Positions 25,817 through 39,947 of a DNA stretch of 64,000 nucleotides are shown here, piece by piece; positions within the stretch are counted from its first letter, which is position 1, and each line of letters begins with the position of its first letter. The translations under genes were made by a program, and so were the position numbers. A model generated the notes under the pieces. That model made no database searches and was not told the DNA's origin. It worked only from the letters and a program-made list of their open reading frames with translations. This DNA comes from Octopus vulgaris (lineage: Eukaryota), in contig OX597832.1 of the NCBI GenBank assembly GCA_951406725.2, positions 44,268,001-44,332,000 of the forward strand, in the 5' to 3' direction.

Positions 25817-25900
25817 GACTCTGAAGAGCGCTGGGTTACATATTCACAGTGTTACCTAACACTCCGTTGAACTCATAGTGCGAAACCGATTGGTAAGATC
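25817..25900 (+). ncRNA. Type-I hammerhead ribozyme motif with extended stem II
   Basis: CTGAAGA (25821-25827); stem II GCGCTG/TAGTGC with internal hairpin AGTGTTA/TAACACT; GAAA (25882-25885); stem III CCG-AT-TGG; GUA triplet; stem I GACT/AG(A)TC. Confidence 0.75.
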
Positions 25901-26349
25901 ACCCGGAATGTATATATAATACTGTACACTTCGATTTGTATATATATATATATATATAGATATATATATGCCGAAAAGGCAATTTTTTCCTAACACGCCT
26001 GCTAGATAAGTTAAATTTGTCTCAATTTGTCTAAAGTCGTAAGACACCTGCTGTTATCCTGTTATTAACCATTCTTGTTTTTATTTTTATTTTTGTTTTC
26101 GTTTTTTGTATTTATATTCGTCCTTGTTGCGTTTACATTCGTTCCTTTTTCCAAGAAATCTAATGCTCACAGCTTAGTTTTTCCTTGGAGCTGGCCGCGT
26201 TGGAGCAAATATCAGAATTAATCAGCCGAAATTTGATATGATGATCCGGTTTCTGACTGAAGATTAAAGGCTTCGAATGACCCGTCTGTTTTCTGTGTTC
26301 GTCCCTTTGTGTATTTCACGTTCTTGTTTCTTTATATATAATTTTTATA

Positions 26350-26413
<64 letters not shown>

Positions 26414-26419
26414 TATATA

Positions 26420-27014
26420 TATAGTAAAGCCTCGATATACGAGTTAATTTGTTCCCGGAGACCGCTCGTAAAGCAGAGCAATAGTTTCCCATAGTAGCAA
26501 TGTTATAAGTCGTAATTCGTTTCCAGAAAAATATTTTACCAATAAAATTTGTAATACTCGTAAATAAACGGCAATTAAACAACAGTAGAATGTAAAATAT
26601 ATTTTATGTGAAGTTAAAAGAAAGTCTAGGTCATTTATAATAAAAAAATATCAATATCACAATTGTTCTCAATTACTAGACTCGCGCATACCATCACCAG
26701 TAGACACGATCGCCGAGTCACAAGCACTCGTAGTCGGACTTGTAGAGTTCTTTAAAAAAAAAAACAAGTCTAGGGTTGCTTGCTTAGAAGAAGCTTGTTT
26801 TCGCTCCCTCCAAATTTCTCGGTGACACGCTGAAGCATTTGTTTGTTATGGTAATAGAAACTTTTGCACTTCGTTCAGAATTTGGATGCACTTGTTTACA
26901 GTTTCTGTACGTATGTGAGAGCATCTTAGTTTTTCTAGTAAAAATCATAAAAAGGTTTGATCCATTTGATATCAACTGGTCGATAACCGCCTCTGAGTTT
27001 ATAATACAAAACTT
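26420..27014 (-). mobile_element. pogo/Tigger-like transposon 3' remnant
   Basis: The minus strand encodes a frameshifted HPNSERSAKVS...ACHREIWRERKQASSKQATLDLFF, which resembles Tigger transposase C-termini. The end TA-TAGTAAAGCCTCGATATACG is TIR-like. Confidence 0.6.
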
Positions 27015-27841
27015 GGACCTTTTCGGTTTGAACGGCAGTTTTTTCTAGCGGTGTCATATGAAATTGTCACCCATAATTATGACACTAGTATCGATCTATT
27101 GCATTTCAATCTCTTTTAGGGTTAGGGGAAGGGTATTTTTTCTTCTTCACAAATGTAAATAAACCCAATCTGTTTCTTAAACGAGGGACATATTCATACG
27201 GTACAGAATGTTTTTACCTCAATAGACGTCAGTGATTGGTTGAAATTGCAGAAATTGAAGAAATAAAACAACAAATATCTTACAAATTATAGAATTTTCT
27301 CAATAAAACCAAGAGAAAAAGATGTTTTATAAACACATTCTACCAGTTTAAAAGTGTTTAGTTACGTGGAAATTATTTTAAAAACTGCGTTCAAACCGAA
27401 AGATCCGAAGATCTTTACCACGGCATGTGTTCGGTCTTTTCGAACGGCAGTTTTTTCTAGTGGTGTCATATGAAATTGTCACCCATAATTACGACCCTAG
27501 TATCGATCTATTGCATTTCAATCTATTTTAGGGTTAGGGCTAGGGGTGGAGGGGGGTACCTTTTTTCTTCACAAATGTAAATAAACCCAATCTGTTTCTT
27601 AAACGAGGGACATATTCATACGGCACAGAATGTGTTTTACCTCAATAGACGTCAGTGATTGGTTGAAATTGAAGAAATTGAAGAAATAAAACAACAAATA
27701 TCTTACAAATTATAGAATTTTCTCAATAAAGCCAAGAGAAAAAGATGTTTTATAAACACATTCTACCAGTATACGAAGTTTAAAAGTGTTTAGTTACGTG
27801 AAAATTATCTTAAAAAACTGCCGGTCAAACCGAAAAGATCC
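27015..27841. mobile_element. Two tandem copies of a MITE of about 400 bp (27015-27406, 27433-27841)
   Basis: TIRs GGA(T/C)CTTTTCGGTTTGAACGGCAGTTTTT and AAAAACTGCCG(G/T)TCAAACCGAAAAGATCC, with an internal TTAGGGTTAGGG. A lone TIR also occurs at about 12032-12072. Confidence 0.8.
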
Positions 27842-29170
27842 TAAAACGGTCAATAATAAGTAAAATTTAAAAAGTATTACACTATGTATACGAGACAATA
27901 ATAAATTAGTAATAATAAAATACAAATTAACAAATAATAAATTTAGGTTTTCGAGTTACTTAATGAAAAGAAAAGCTAAAATAATTTTCTGCTCGCAAAG
28001 ATTTTAGTTAATTTGGTACCACGTGGTATCATGGTTTTTTTAATTAACACACCCTGTCACTATCTAGAGGAACGTTTACATAATTCTAAAAAGCTTATAT
28101 GCTGTTCTATCTAAAGTGTTTAATGTCCCCTTATAACTACGATTATCAGAAAATAAAAACTAAAGAACATTAAATTAATATATTACTTTCTCGTTCGATG
28201 AATCGGTAAATCTGTGAGTTCAAATTCCGACGAGGTCGACTTTACCTTTCATCCTTTCGGGGTCGATAATTTAAGTACCAGTTACGCACTGGAGTCGATG
28301 TAATCGACTTAATACCTATGTCTGTCCTTGTTTGTCCCTTCTATGTTTAGCCCCTTGTGGGTAATAAAGAAATAGGTAAATCTTCGAACCTGGTTTTGTT
28401 ACCCGTTTTCCATGTTAATCCTCTGGTTAAAAAAAATTAATTAGACAAAACCATGAATTTCATAGTTTAACCTAGAGTTCGAAGCCTATATAATAAGACA
28501 AACTGATCCATCCTCTTAAAAGTTTAAGCTCCTGACCAGCCGAATTCGGGACGAAGTTTCGATTCCTGGATATATAGTTGTTTCATAGTTTCGTTTCTTT
28601 TATACAATTAAATATTTTTAGGAAAGCTATGAACACCATCACAACTTCTAATATTTCTTTCCACTTCTAAATAACATTAAAAACAAGTCTAAGACCATTG
28701 TGTCTGTTTATGAAATTAATAATATATAGATGCTTGCTTATTGTCCGAGATTTTCATCATTTAGAGGAAGTTATTAAAACAAGTATTAGAGACGACACAC
28801 TAGGTTGAATTAAAGTGTAAAAGTCATTAGTGTTTTCAGAAGCATGTTTAAATTGTAGGTGACACCGCACAATTGCTAACACAAACTTTATTTCTCAAGG
28901 GAAAACAAAAACCAACGTATCTCTATCTAAGTTGTGTTTATTTTTAAATACTAAACACTATAATTTATATGAACTTATATATCTGTGAACATATATCACT
29001 TAAATAACATGCTTACAGAATTTAAAGCAATTTTTTTATTTTTAGAAAATTTTTATAAGCAAAAAAAGTTGAAATTAAAATAATCGATCGCTAACAGAAC
29101 ATAATGGTTCTTCGGTAAAACCAAATGAAGAGTCTGTATGTGGGTTTAAACTCTTAAACTCTCTCTTATG

Positions 29171-29224
<54 letters not shown>

Positions 29225-29410
29225 AGAGAAATAGCTAAGGTTCTTTAGCTGCTATTTCTAAACTTCGGTATGTGGTAAAGCAAATCTTTGCTGAACCCTA
29301 ATTATTAAGTATTACTTAAGTTTACCGTGAAATGGTCCTTTTTTCATACCGAATTCTACTTGGTGAAATTATTGATTAATTCTTAATTAATTAATTTTAC
29401 CCTTTGTTAT

Positions 29411-29445
<35 letters not shown>

Positions 29446-31731
29446 TTGTGTATATGCATGTATATGTGTGTGTCTGCTTGATTTTATGAACTTTACAAAT
29501 AGTTTTGTTGGTCCAGTCTCCCTTCTATTTCCTTTGTTGTTTAACACACACACACACACACACACTTATATCGCAGTTAGTACCGTCGGGGCCCCAAGAT
29601 AATCTATGTGCAGTGCACGTGCTATGAAAGAGCCCTAGTGCAATACTTTACCAGGGGGGCCCATAATACTGTTAAGATGATTCTGGTCGTAATTGAGTAA
29701 TTAGATGTGGGGCTTCTGTCCCGCCTGCAACATGCTAGCGGGAAGAAAACAACTTATTTATTTTGTTACCCTGCTCTATGCTTCAATAATTACAAATATC
29801 TACCTTTTACTTGTTTCAGTCATTAGACTGCGGCCATGCTGGGACACTGCCTTGAAGTATCTTTTATCGAATAATTCGACCTCAGTACTTTTTTTTTCAG
29901 TCTCTTTTACCTGTGTCAGATGGCCATGCTTTTTAAAAAAAAAATTGTTTGTATACCAAACTAGCAGACCGAATCCAATGTAAAAGAATTTCTAAAATAA
30001 AAATCGAAATACTATCTGTTTATTTACTCTGTAGACTTAAGGTATGGTAACGTGGTAACAGAGAGAACTGTCTTTTCTTACCACATGTCGCTTCTCCCCC
30101 GCTCCAACTCATACACGATAATAAAGAAATCGATTTAATGATTCTAGATATTATTGCCTAAACTGTATCTTAGAATCTTATATTTGCCAACTAGTTTTTT
30201 TTTTTTTTTTTCGAAAACATCTTTTATTGTATATATATTTGGCAAAAGATCTATTTTGAAATATATATTAATGTATCTTAGGAAAATAATTTAGTAAATG
30301 TATCTTAGTAAAATAATTTATACCTAAATCATGGATAGGATATTTCGATAATTGAAAACATAACGAATTTCACGTATTTAATTTTAATTGATAATTGAAA
30401 CATGTTACTCGAATCAAAGTAGAAATTATCCGTTAAGAAGAAGATTTAACAGCTAATTCGGTTCAGCCGTTGGAACTGCGGTCATTCTGGGGCATCACCG
30501 GCTTGAAACATTTTGGTCGACCTAATCAACCCCAGAATTTATATTTAAACCTGGTACTTTATCGGTCTTTTAGTCGAACTGCTAGGTAATATGGGCATAA
30601 GCACCAATACTAGTTGTCAAGCGAGGAGAATCACACACACGCATCGCGTGGGGCGATCTTTCGCTGTTTCTTTCTAGCAAATTCACTCATAACATAATAT
30701 AACCGGTCCAAGGATATATTTTAGAAGACCGAAATGCCAGCGGTAGAAGGGAACCTGAATCCACGAGGTTGCGAAGCGAACTTCTTAAGCTAACTACCTT
30801 GACCACGCGAATGACTGATGCGATTAAGAATTTGCATATTTTTTCTTTATATTATAAAATATGGACCGTAAATTACATCCAACATTTACTGATTACTGAA
30901 GAATATTTTCTGTTCATTTCCGCCGAGGTGGACTTTGCCTCTCATCCTTTCGGGGTCGATAAATTAAGTACCAGTTACGCACTGGGGTCGATGTAATCGA
31001 CTTAATCCGTTTGTCTGTCCTTGTTTGTCCTCCCTGTGTTTAACCCCTTGTGGGTAATAAAGAAATAAATATTTTCTGTTCATCAGACAATCACTTTATT
31101 TGTTGAAAACGTTTAACATGTTAGCTTAGTTCTTGAAAACTTTGGCAGAAATAAAGGAAAACTGTGAACTCTAGAAAACGAAACGTCAAGCTAGAAAGGA
31201 AGTCTCTATGTGGTCGAAACAGCAGCCAAATCCTCCTCATATCACATCCTTATATCCTCCTATCGTCGTAAAAATAAAAGAGAGAGAGAGAGAAAAAAGA
31301 AACCAGGTCACATTCGACAGAGTAAGATACACATATAATGAAAGGATGGTCATAGCTGGAACTGCAGTATGGTTAAACACCAAACTAACGGAACGTTGTT
31401 GATCTTTACTTCCTATAATATCACGTAAATTAACATAACAGCTTCTTCGACCTTATTTATACTTAGAATACTAAAGGCCTATAAACTTGTTTTTTTCTGC
31501 TTGAATTAACGTCTTTATTTATTTATTTCAGAACCATACACACACACACCAGCGCTTGATGTGAACTCCATCACCAGGTGGGTGTATGATTAGAACAGGG
31601 AGAGTATAAGAGACTGGAAAATGCCACAAAAGGGGATGGCCATGGGGCTTGGGAAATAGGTAAAATGATGACGAGGGCGATGATCATGTTGATTATCTTT
31701 GTTGAAACTACCGATGAAGACGATAGTGATG

Positions 31732-31925
31732 AGGATGAAAGGCAAAGTCGACCTCGGTGTGAGTTCAAATTCCGCCGAGGTCGACTTTGCCTTTCATCCT
31801 TTCGGGGTCGATAAATTAAGTACCAGTTACGCACTGGGGTCGATGTAAACGACTTAATATAATCCCTTTGTCTGTCCTTGTTTGTCCCCTCTGTGTTTAG
31901 CCCCTCGTGGGTAGTAAAGAAAAAG
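31732..31925 (+). mobile_element. SINE-B with inverted 5' segment
   Basis: A 26-bp perfect inverted repeat (31732-31757 and 31775-31800) and the TSD GATAGTGATGAGGA. Confidence 0.85.
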
Positions 31926-32418
31926 ATAGTGATGAGGAACAGAATTCATAGCTGGCCTTGATCAAACAGACCTATGACCAAAGGCAGTCCAACTATGAAC
32001 ATCCCGACTTTATTTCGAGTAATATCTACCTTGCACAACACTATCAATGTTTTCTTTCCCAAAACGGTAGAATATGAAGTAAAGGGAGGTTTTGGCTGTT
32101 GTTTCTAGCGTTCGAGTAACCACCTAGGTACTTCCTCATTGGCTTGTTGCTAATCGTAATGGTTGTAGTAATGTTGGCTAAAAATGATTATTATTATGTT
32201 ATTGATAGGGAAAGACACGATAATGAGGACGTTGTTTAGCCCTGATCAAGCAAGAGGTATAATCGAAGACGTCCCAACTTCTACCTGCGACCACAGTTGC
32301 CCATCAGACCATCCCTTTGAAGACTGCGGTATAAGATTTGATAGAGATTTGGTTGCTGTTTCCAGCTGGTCGACGGGACATGTAAAGACTTCTTCGCTAT
32401 TACGGCCATAATTAGTAA

Positions 32419-32740
32419 AGGCGCGTGGCTTAGTAGCTAAGGTATTCGGTTTACGATCACAAGGATTTGAGTTCGATTTCCGGCGACGCATTGTGTCCTT
32501 GAGCAAGACACTTTATTTCACGTTGCTCCAGTCGCCTCAGCTGGCAGAAATGAGTAGTACCTGTGTTTCAAAAGGGCCAGCCATGTCATATTCTTTATCA
32601 CGCTGAATCTCCCCGGGGCCCACGTTAAGGGTACTCGTGTCTGTGGAGTGCTCAACCACTTGCACGTTAATTTCATTTGCAGGCTTTTCCGTTGATCAGA
32701 TCAGCTGGAACCCTCGTCGTCGTAACCGACGGAGTACCAT
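32419..32740 (+). mobile_element. SINE-E (different tRNA-like head, tail type 2)
   Basis: The head is GGCGCGTGGCTTAGTAG...GAGTTCGATTTCC, followed by TGTGTCCTTGAGCAAGACACTT. The tail is shared with 23831-24015. Confidence 0.75.
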
Positions 32741-33846
32741 TTAGATTCATGTCAACCTGGTCCAGTATATTATAAATCTGAGTAAGATACTCCAGCCGTG
32801 ACTATCCGCCCTTTTAATCCAATTTACTATTCATTTTAAAAGATAACGAGGGGGCAGCTAGCTGCTATTTCTTGTTGTTGTTTTATAGTGTTTCTATTTT
32901 ATGGTGGTGGCCATAATTGAGATGGACAGGCTCTTAAAAATGAATGAATGGATGTACTAAGGACTAGATTATGGTGCTAATAGTCACAACGGCTGTGTAA
33001 TTAATGACAAATATAAGCCAACGAAAGAGACGAGTGGTTGCTTGTTAGGTAGAAACAGCAGTCAAAGAAAACATTGGATAAGGATGTGTCTGAAAAAGAA
33101 AAACGAAGCGGGTTAGCCATTGCAAAGAATACTTTTGATCATAGATTTGTGGGTTCGATCAGGGTTGACTTGTGGCTGAACAACAGCTTCGTTAGTATTT
33201 CTAAAATTCGCGCTATTTTGTATCTTGTGTTCAGTTTTAAATTATCAACATCTCACATAAGCATGGCTGTATGGTTAATAAGCTAATAAGCTCTCTTAAC
33301 AACCACGTGGTTTCAGGTTCAGTCCCATCGCATGGCACTTTGAGCAAGTGTTTAGTTGACCCATACCTATTTCTTTACTACCCACAAGGGGCCAAACACA
33401 GAAAGGACAAACAAGGACAGACAAACGGATTAAGTCGATTATATCGACCCCAGTGCGTAACTGGTACTTAATTTATCGACCCCGAAAGGATGAAAGGCAA
33501 AGCCGACCTCGGCGGAATTTGAACTCAGAACGTAGCGGCAGACGAAATACCGCAAAGCATTTCGCCTGGCGTCCTAACGTTTCTGCCAGCTCCATACCTT
33601 GTAAGCGAAATTTGACAGCGAAAACTGTACAGAATGCCTAGACTTTGTTTCCTCATAACTTTATTTAAGAAAATGCTTATTTTTTAATGAAATTTTCCAG
33701 AGATACCTTTGTGTCAGCGGTTTTGAAAAATAATAGGTCAATAAAATAAGCACTGGAGTCAATATCATCGGTTGACAAGTGAAAGTGGTGCCCCAGCGTG
33801 GCCACAGTTCACTCACTTGAAACCAGAAAACGAATTAAAGAATAAA

Positions 33847-33968
33847 GCTCAGGCTTAGGCGGAGGTAAAGAATACGCACACCACCCGTTTTCGGCGTAAC
33901 CCTAACCCTAACATTGAGCGCCGAAATCGGGTGATGTGCGTATTCTTTACCTTCGCCCAAGCTTGAGC
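33847..33968. mobile_element. Hairpin MITE with telomeric-repeat loop
   Basis: Inverted arms of about 50 bp surround TAACCCTAACCCTAAC. Confidence 0.75.
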
Positions 33969-33976
33969 ATAGACGA

Positions 33977-34379
<403 letters not shown>

Positions 34380-34842
34380 TGTCTGTCCCTATATAATTTA
34401 TATTATATATGCTTGCACCCCACCACATATATTTACTCAAACACATATCTATATCTATCTATCTGTCTGTCTATTTCGATAATTTACTTTGCTTTATTCG
34501 TATAATTTTTTTTGTTTTACTAAATCTAACATACGAAGTTAAAGGTATGATGTTACTGGAGTACAGGCAAGATTATGGAATGTTTAACCTAGATATAAAA
34601 TAGAGATAACACTATAACTTTTTCTAATTGTTATTGACCTATATCTAAAATAAGAGAAAGCGAGAGAGAGAGAGATGGAGAGGGAGAACGAATAATAGAC
34701 GGATGGGGTAGGTGAAATCTGCATTGCTGCTCTAACTAGAGAACGTCAATATAATATATGATAATATAATATAGTATAGTATAGTATAATATAGTATAGT
34801 ATAGTATAGTATAGTATAATATAGTATAGTATAGTATAGTAT

Positions 34843-35027
34843 ACTCTTTTTCTCTTTTACTTGTTTCAGTCATTTTGACTGCGGCCATGCTGGAGCACCG
34901 CCTTTAGTCGGGCAAAGCCCAGTACTTATTCTATCGGCCTCTTTTGCCGAACCGCTAAGTAACGGGAACGTAAACACACCAGCATCGGTTGTCAAGCAAT
35001 GCTAGGGGGACAAACATATACACACAC

Positions 35028-35078
<51 letters not shown>

Positions 35079-35239
35079 TATATACGACAGGCTTCTTTCA
35101 GTTTCCGTCTACCAAATCCACTCACAAGGCATTGGTCGGCCCGGGGCTATAGCAGAAGACACTTGCCCAAGATGCCACGCAGTGGGACTGAACCCGGAAC
35201 CATGTGGTTGGTTAGCAAGCTACTTACCACACAGCCACT
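34843..35239 (-). mobile_element. SINE-A
   Basis: Matches the family consensus. Confidence 0.85.
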
Positions 35240-35814
35240 AATAATACATATGTAGTTGGATGTGTATCTTTCACTTCTTTCAGTCATTAGACTGTGGCCA
35301 TGCTGGGGCACCGCCTTGATGTACACACACACGCAAACACACACATATATCCACGTACACACATACACATTCAAGCACACACTTACGTGTATGCATGCAG
35401 GCAGTGAGAGAATGTATTGTTTAGGCACAAAAAACACTTGTATTCACTCTAAGTGCGATGAGAGTAATGTGTATATATATATATATATATATATCAATAT
35501 AAACATATATATAATAAATTAATAAATAAAACATATGCATATATACATACATATATGTACGTACCTACCTCTATATGTAAATATACATGCATATATGGGT
35601 ACAAGACACCTAAAAAACGTCGAACACAATGAGAGACGAAAACATAAACACAAAACCAAGGAAATGGATATTTCTTTAAAACAACGCAAAAATAGAGTAC
35701 AGGACATACAAAACAAGGAAAATTCCCCTTCTTCAGTCGACTTTGTTTCATCTACTCCATGTTTCGAAGGTCAAGGCGATACATGACTTCAATATACGCA
35801 CTGGGGTCGATGTA

Positions 35815-36520
35815 ATCGACTTAATCTGTTTGTCTGTCTTTGTTTGTCCCCTCTGTGTTTAGCCCCTTGTGGGTAGTAAAGAAATAGGTAAAGGCTATTG
35901 TTTTCTGAGGAGGTCAGAATAATTACAAACTGTACTCAAAGTTGTCTCCCATATTTACTGGGGAGAATGCAGATAATATTAGTCATTCTCAATCGACTTA
36001 ATCCGTTTGTCTGTCCTTGTTTGTTCCCTCTGTGTTTGGCCCCTTGTGGGTAGTAAAGAAATAGGTAAAGGTTATTGTTTTCGGAGGAGGTCAGAATAAT
36101 TACAAACTATGTTCAAAGTTGTCTCCCATATTTACCGGGGAGAATGCAGATAATATTAGTCATTCTAATCGACTTAATCCGTTTGTCTGTCCTTGTTTGT
36201 TCCCTCTGTGTTTAGCCCCTTGTGGGTAGTAAAGAAATAGGTAAAGGTTATTGTTTTCGGAGGAGGTCAGAATAATTACGAACTATGTTCAAAGTTGTCT
36301 CCCATATTTACCGGGGAGAATGCAGATAATATTAGTCATTCTAATCGACTTAATCCGTTTGTCTGTCCTTGTTTGTTCCCTCTGTGTTTAACCCCTTGTG
36401 GGTAGTAAAGAAATAGGTAAAGGTTATTGTTTTCGGAGGAGGTCAGAATAATTACGAACTATGTTCAAAGTTGTCTCTCATATTTACTGGGGACAATGCA
36501 GATAATCTTAGTCATTCTCT
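35815..36520 (+). repeat. Tandem repeat, about 176 bp x4 (SINE-B tail plus unique flank)
   Basis: Units begin ATCGACTTAATC at about 35815, 35992, 36168 and 36344. Confidence 0.92.
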
Positions 36521-37897
36521 AATATCGTTTTTCTCTCGTCTCATAATTATTTTTAGTTAGCATTTTAATGCTCTCCTACATTAAATATGCCAACATAAAT
36601 TTACATATTGCTATTGTACAGATGAGAATTCAAACTGCATGTGTTGTGTATGCTGGATCATAAATATGTATCTGCTCTATCATAGCTCTCTGTATATTTT
36701 CCAGGTAATTATTCTACAAATTCTCCTTGTTCGACAAATGAAACACCTTGATTGCAGTCAGTATTCACTGTTGAAATTGGAATATATCTTACTTTATGGT
36801 GTTGTATTTTTTTTTTTAAACATTTTTTTTTTTGTGTTTTCGTTTTCAGTTGCTTCCTGCTTTCAAAATTTTGCTGACGAGGATATCGATTAGAATTTTA
36901 ATTTCTGTGATGTCTTAACATTTTTCTAAAAGTGTTTCAAATTGAATCAATTTTAAGCAAGCAATTTCAAAGCACTTATTAACAATCATTAGTTGGTTTT
37001 TAATGTTGAAATGATTACATTTTTTCATAGTCTACTTGATTAATTTATGTGAAGCTTAGTTCTACCAATTTTGTCTGATCCATGCAAGCTTGGAAAAGTG
37101 GATGTTAAAATATATATATATATATATTTCTTTACTATCCACAAGGGGCTAAACATAGAGGGGACAAACAAGGACAGACAAAGGGTTTAAGTCGATTATA
37201 TCGACTCCAGTGCGTAACATGTACTTAATCTATCGACTCCGAAAGGATGAAAGGCAAAGTCAACCTCGGCGGAATTTGAACTCAGAACGTAACGTCAGAC
37301 GAAATACCGCTAAGCATTTCGCCTGGCGCGCTAACATTTCTACCAGCTTGCCGCCTTAGCGATATATATATATGTAATCATCATCATCATCATTTAACAT
37401 CCGTTGTCTATGCTGGCATGGTTGGACGATTTGACTGGGCTAGCATACTGGAAGACTACACCAGACTCCAGTCAGATTTGGCATGCTTTTCTACAGCTGG
37501 ATACCCTTCCTAATACCAACCACCCTGAGAGTGCAATGGGTGCTTTTACATGCCACAAGCACAGGAGCCATTTGCGTGACACTGGGGTGCGTTTACGTGC
37601 CACCAGCATAAGTGTCAATTTGTGGGATACCAGTATCTGCCATGACGGCAATGTGGTTCAGCTTGATGGGTCTTCCTCTCAAGCATGACATAATGCCAAA
37701 GATCTTAGTCATTACCTCTGTGAGGCCCAACACTCAGCAAGCTGTCTCACAGGATTTCCCAGTTTCCCTCTATGCCACAAGTTTGTAGCTCATCCTCCCT
37801 CTCATCAAATTTCTTAATTAGGGTGCCCCTAAATCTGTCACCATATGAAGGGTCCTTAAGCTTCCAATATGAAAGGTTTTTAAGCTTATATATATAT

Positions 37898-38725
37898 AGG
37901 CGCAGGAGTGGCTGTGTGGTAAGTAGCTTGTTTACCAACCACATGGTTCCATGTTCAGTCCCACTGCGTGGCACCTTGGGCAAGTGTCTTCTACTATAGC
38001 CTCGGGCCGACCAAAGCCTTGTGTGTGGATTTGGTAGACAGAAAGTGAAAGAAGCCCGTCGTATATATGTATATATATATGTGTGTGTATGTTTGTGTGT
38101 CTGTGTTTGTCCCCCTAGCATTGCTTGACAACCGATGCTGGTGTGTTTATGTCCCCGTTACTTAGCAGTTCGGCAAAAGAGACCGATAGAATAAGTACTG
38201 GGCTTACAAAGAATAAGTCCCTGGGGTCGAGTTGCTCGATTAAAGGCGGTGCTCCAGCATGGCCGCAGTCAAATGACTGAAACAAGTAAAAGAGAAAGAG
38301 TATATATATATAGTCAAGGTGTGGCTGCATGGTGAGAAGCTTGCTTCTCAACCTCATGGTTCCAGGTTCAGTCCCACTGCCTGGCACCTTTGGCAAATGT
38401 CTTCTACTATGGCCTTAAACTGACCAAAGCCTTATGACTAGATTTGGTAGACAGAAACTGAAAGAAGCCTGTCATATATATGCATATATATGTATATATA
38501 TTTATGTGTATGTGTTTTTGTGTCTGTTTGTCCCCCACCATCACTTGACAATCGGTGTTGGTGTGTTTACATTCCTGTGACTTAGCAGTTTGTAAAAAGA
38601 TACCGATAGAACAAATACCAGGCTTTAAAAAAAAAGTCCTGGGATTAATATATTTTTGTAAAAACCCTTCAAGGCAGTGTCCCAGCATGGCCACAATCAA
38701 CTGACTGAAACAAGTAAAAGATAGA
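37898..38725 (+). mobile_element. Two tandem SINE-A copies (young 37898-38300, older 38318-38725)
   Basis: Both match the family consensus. Confidence 0.85.
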
Positions 38726-38757
38726 ACATAAAAGATATAAATATATATGTACACACA

Positions 38758-38804
<47 letters not shown>

Positions 38805-38819
38805 ACACACACACTCAGT

Positions 38820-38850
<31 letters not shown>

Positions 38851-38907
38851 TCACACACACGCATGCACACACACACACACTCACACACACACACACACAC
38901 ACTCAGT

Positions 38908-38942
<35 letters not shown>

Positions 38943-39276
38943 TGACACGCATGTACATACATACAAACACACATACGTTTATAGATACTACAAATTATCT
39001 AGTCATGTGCTTTGAAAAAAGCTGATAGCTGTCACCATTCTTTCATTGTTATTAAATGATTAAAGTTTCTCATTGCAGGAAATATGAACATAACGAACCA
39101 TCATAAACCATAAGTAAAACTGAATGTACTCAGAAATGATCCACCAAATTTCTTCATTATGTAACAGCTGGCAGCCATTGAGAAAAGACTGTATGCATAA
39201 TAAATTTCCCCTAAACACTTGCCTGTTTGTTCAATAATCTTTTATTACTGTTATTATTATTATTATTATTATTATT

Positions 39277-39495
39277 GAGTGAGCGAGCGGAGCATGCCAT
39301 CAAAGTGACACTGGGGTAAAATATACGAAGCCCAGTATACCCATCATGACTACCCATCTGATAAGGGTACACCAGGCACATGCATCACAACCATATGTAC
39401 GCGACATGGTGATCTCATATCAAGATAAACAGCACATGACCTTGCAGGTGGGGCCCAGTTAGAATTTTCTTCAGATCAAGTAACCCATCCCGCTC
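39277..39495 (-). mobile_element. Short insertion inside an (ATT)n tract, probable LINE 3' UTR fragment
   Basis: About 220 bp of complex sequence with (TTA)n directly on both sides and no ORF. The strand assignment is inferred. Confidence 0.45.
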
Positions 39496-39535
<40 letters not shown>

Positions 39536-39902
39536 GTTGTTATCTTTTTTTCTTCTTCTTTCAAATTTGCTTTATTATTATTATTATTATTATTATTATA
39601 AACCCTTTGTAAACTTTCGTCTTGTGTTTTGTTCCCTTTATGTTTTAATTGATTTTTGTTAGCCCTTGTGGCCAATAAACGAATTAATTATTAGCGCGCC
39701 GGGCGAAATGCTTTGCGGTATTTCGTCCGCCACTGCATTCTGAGTTCAAATTCCGCCGAGGTCGACTTTGCATTTCATCCTTTCGAGGTCGATAAATTAA
39801 GTACCAGTTACGCACTGGGGTCGATGTAATCGACTTAATCCGTTTGTCTGTCCTCGTTTGTCTCCTCTGTGTTTAGCCCCTTGTGGGTAGTAAAGAAATA
39901 TA

Positions 39903-39947
<45 letters not shown>

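Noticed and set aside
35560-35790. TA-adjacent element with GAAAC and CTGAAGA on the minus strand
   Set aside because: The motifs are in the wrong order with no closing stems. It is probably a truncated repeat, and no ribozyme can be supported.
36610-36900. Possible plus-strand exons (AG/GT signals here, at about 19799-19895 and at about 39078)
   Set aside because: The frames contain stops and give no recognisable protein. Non-coding exons cannot be supported without RNA data.
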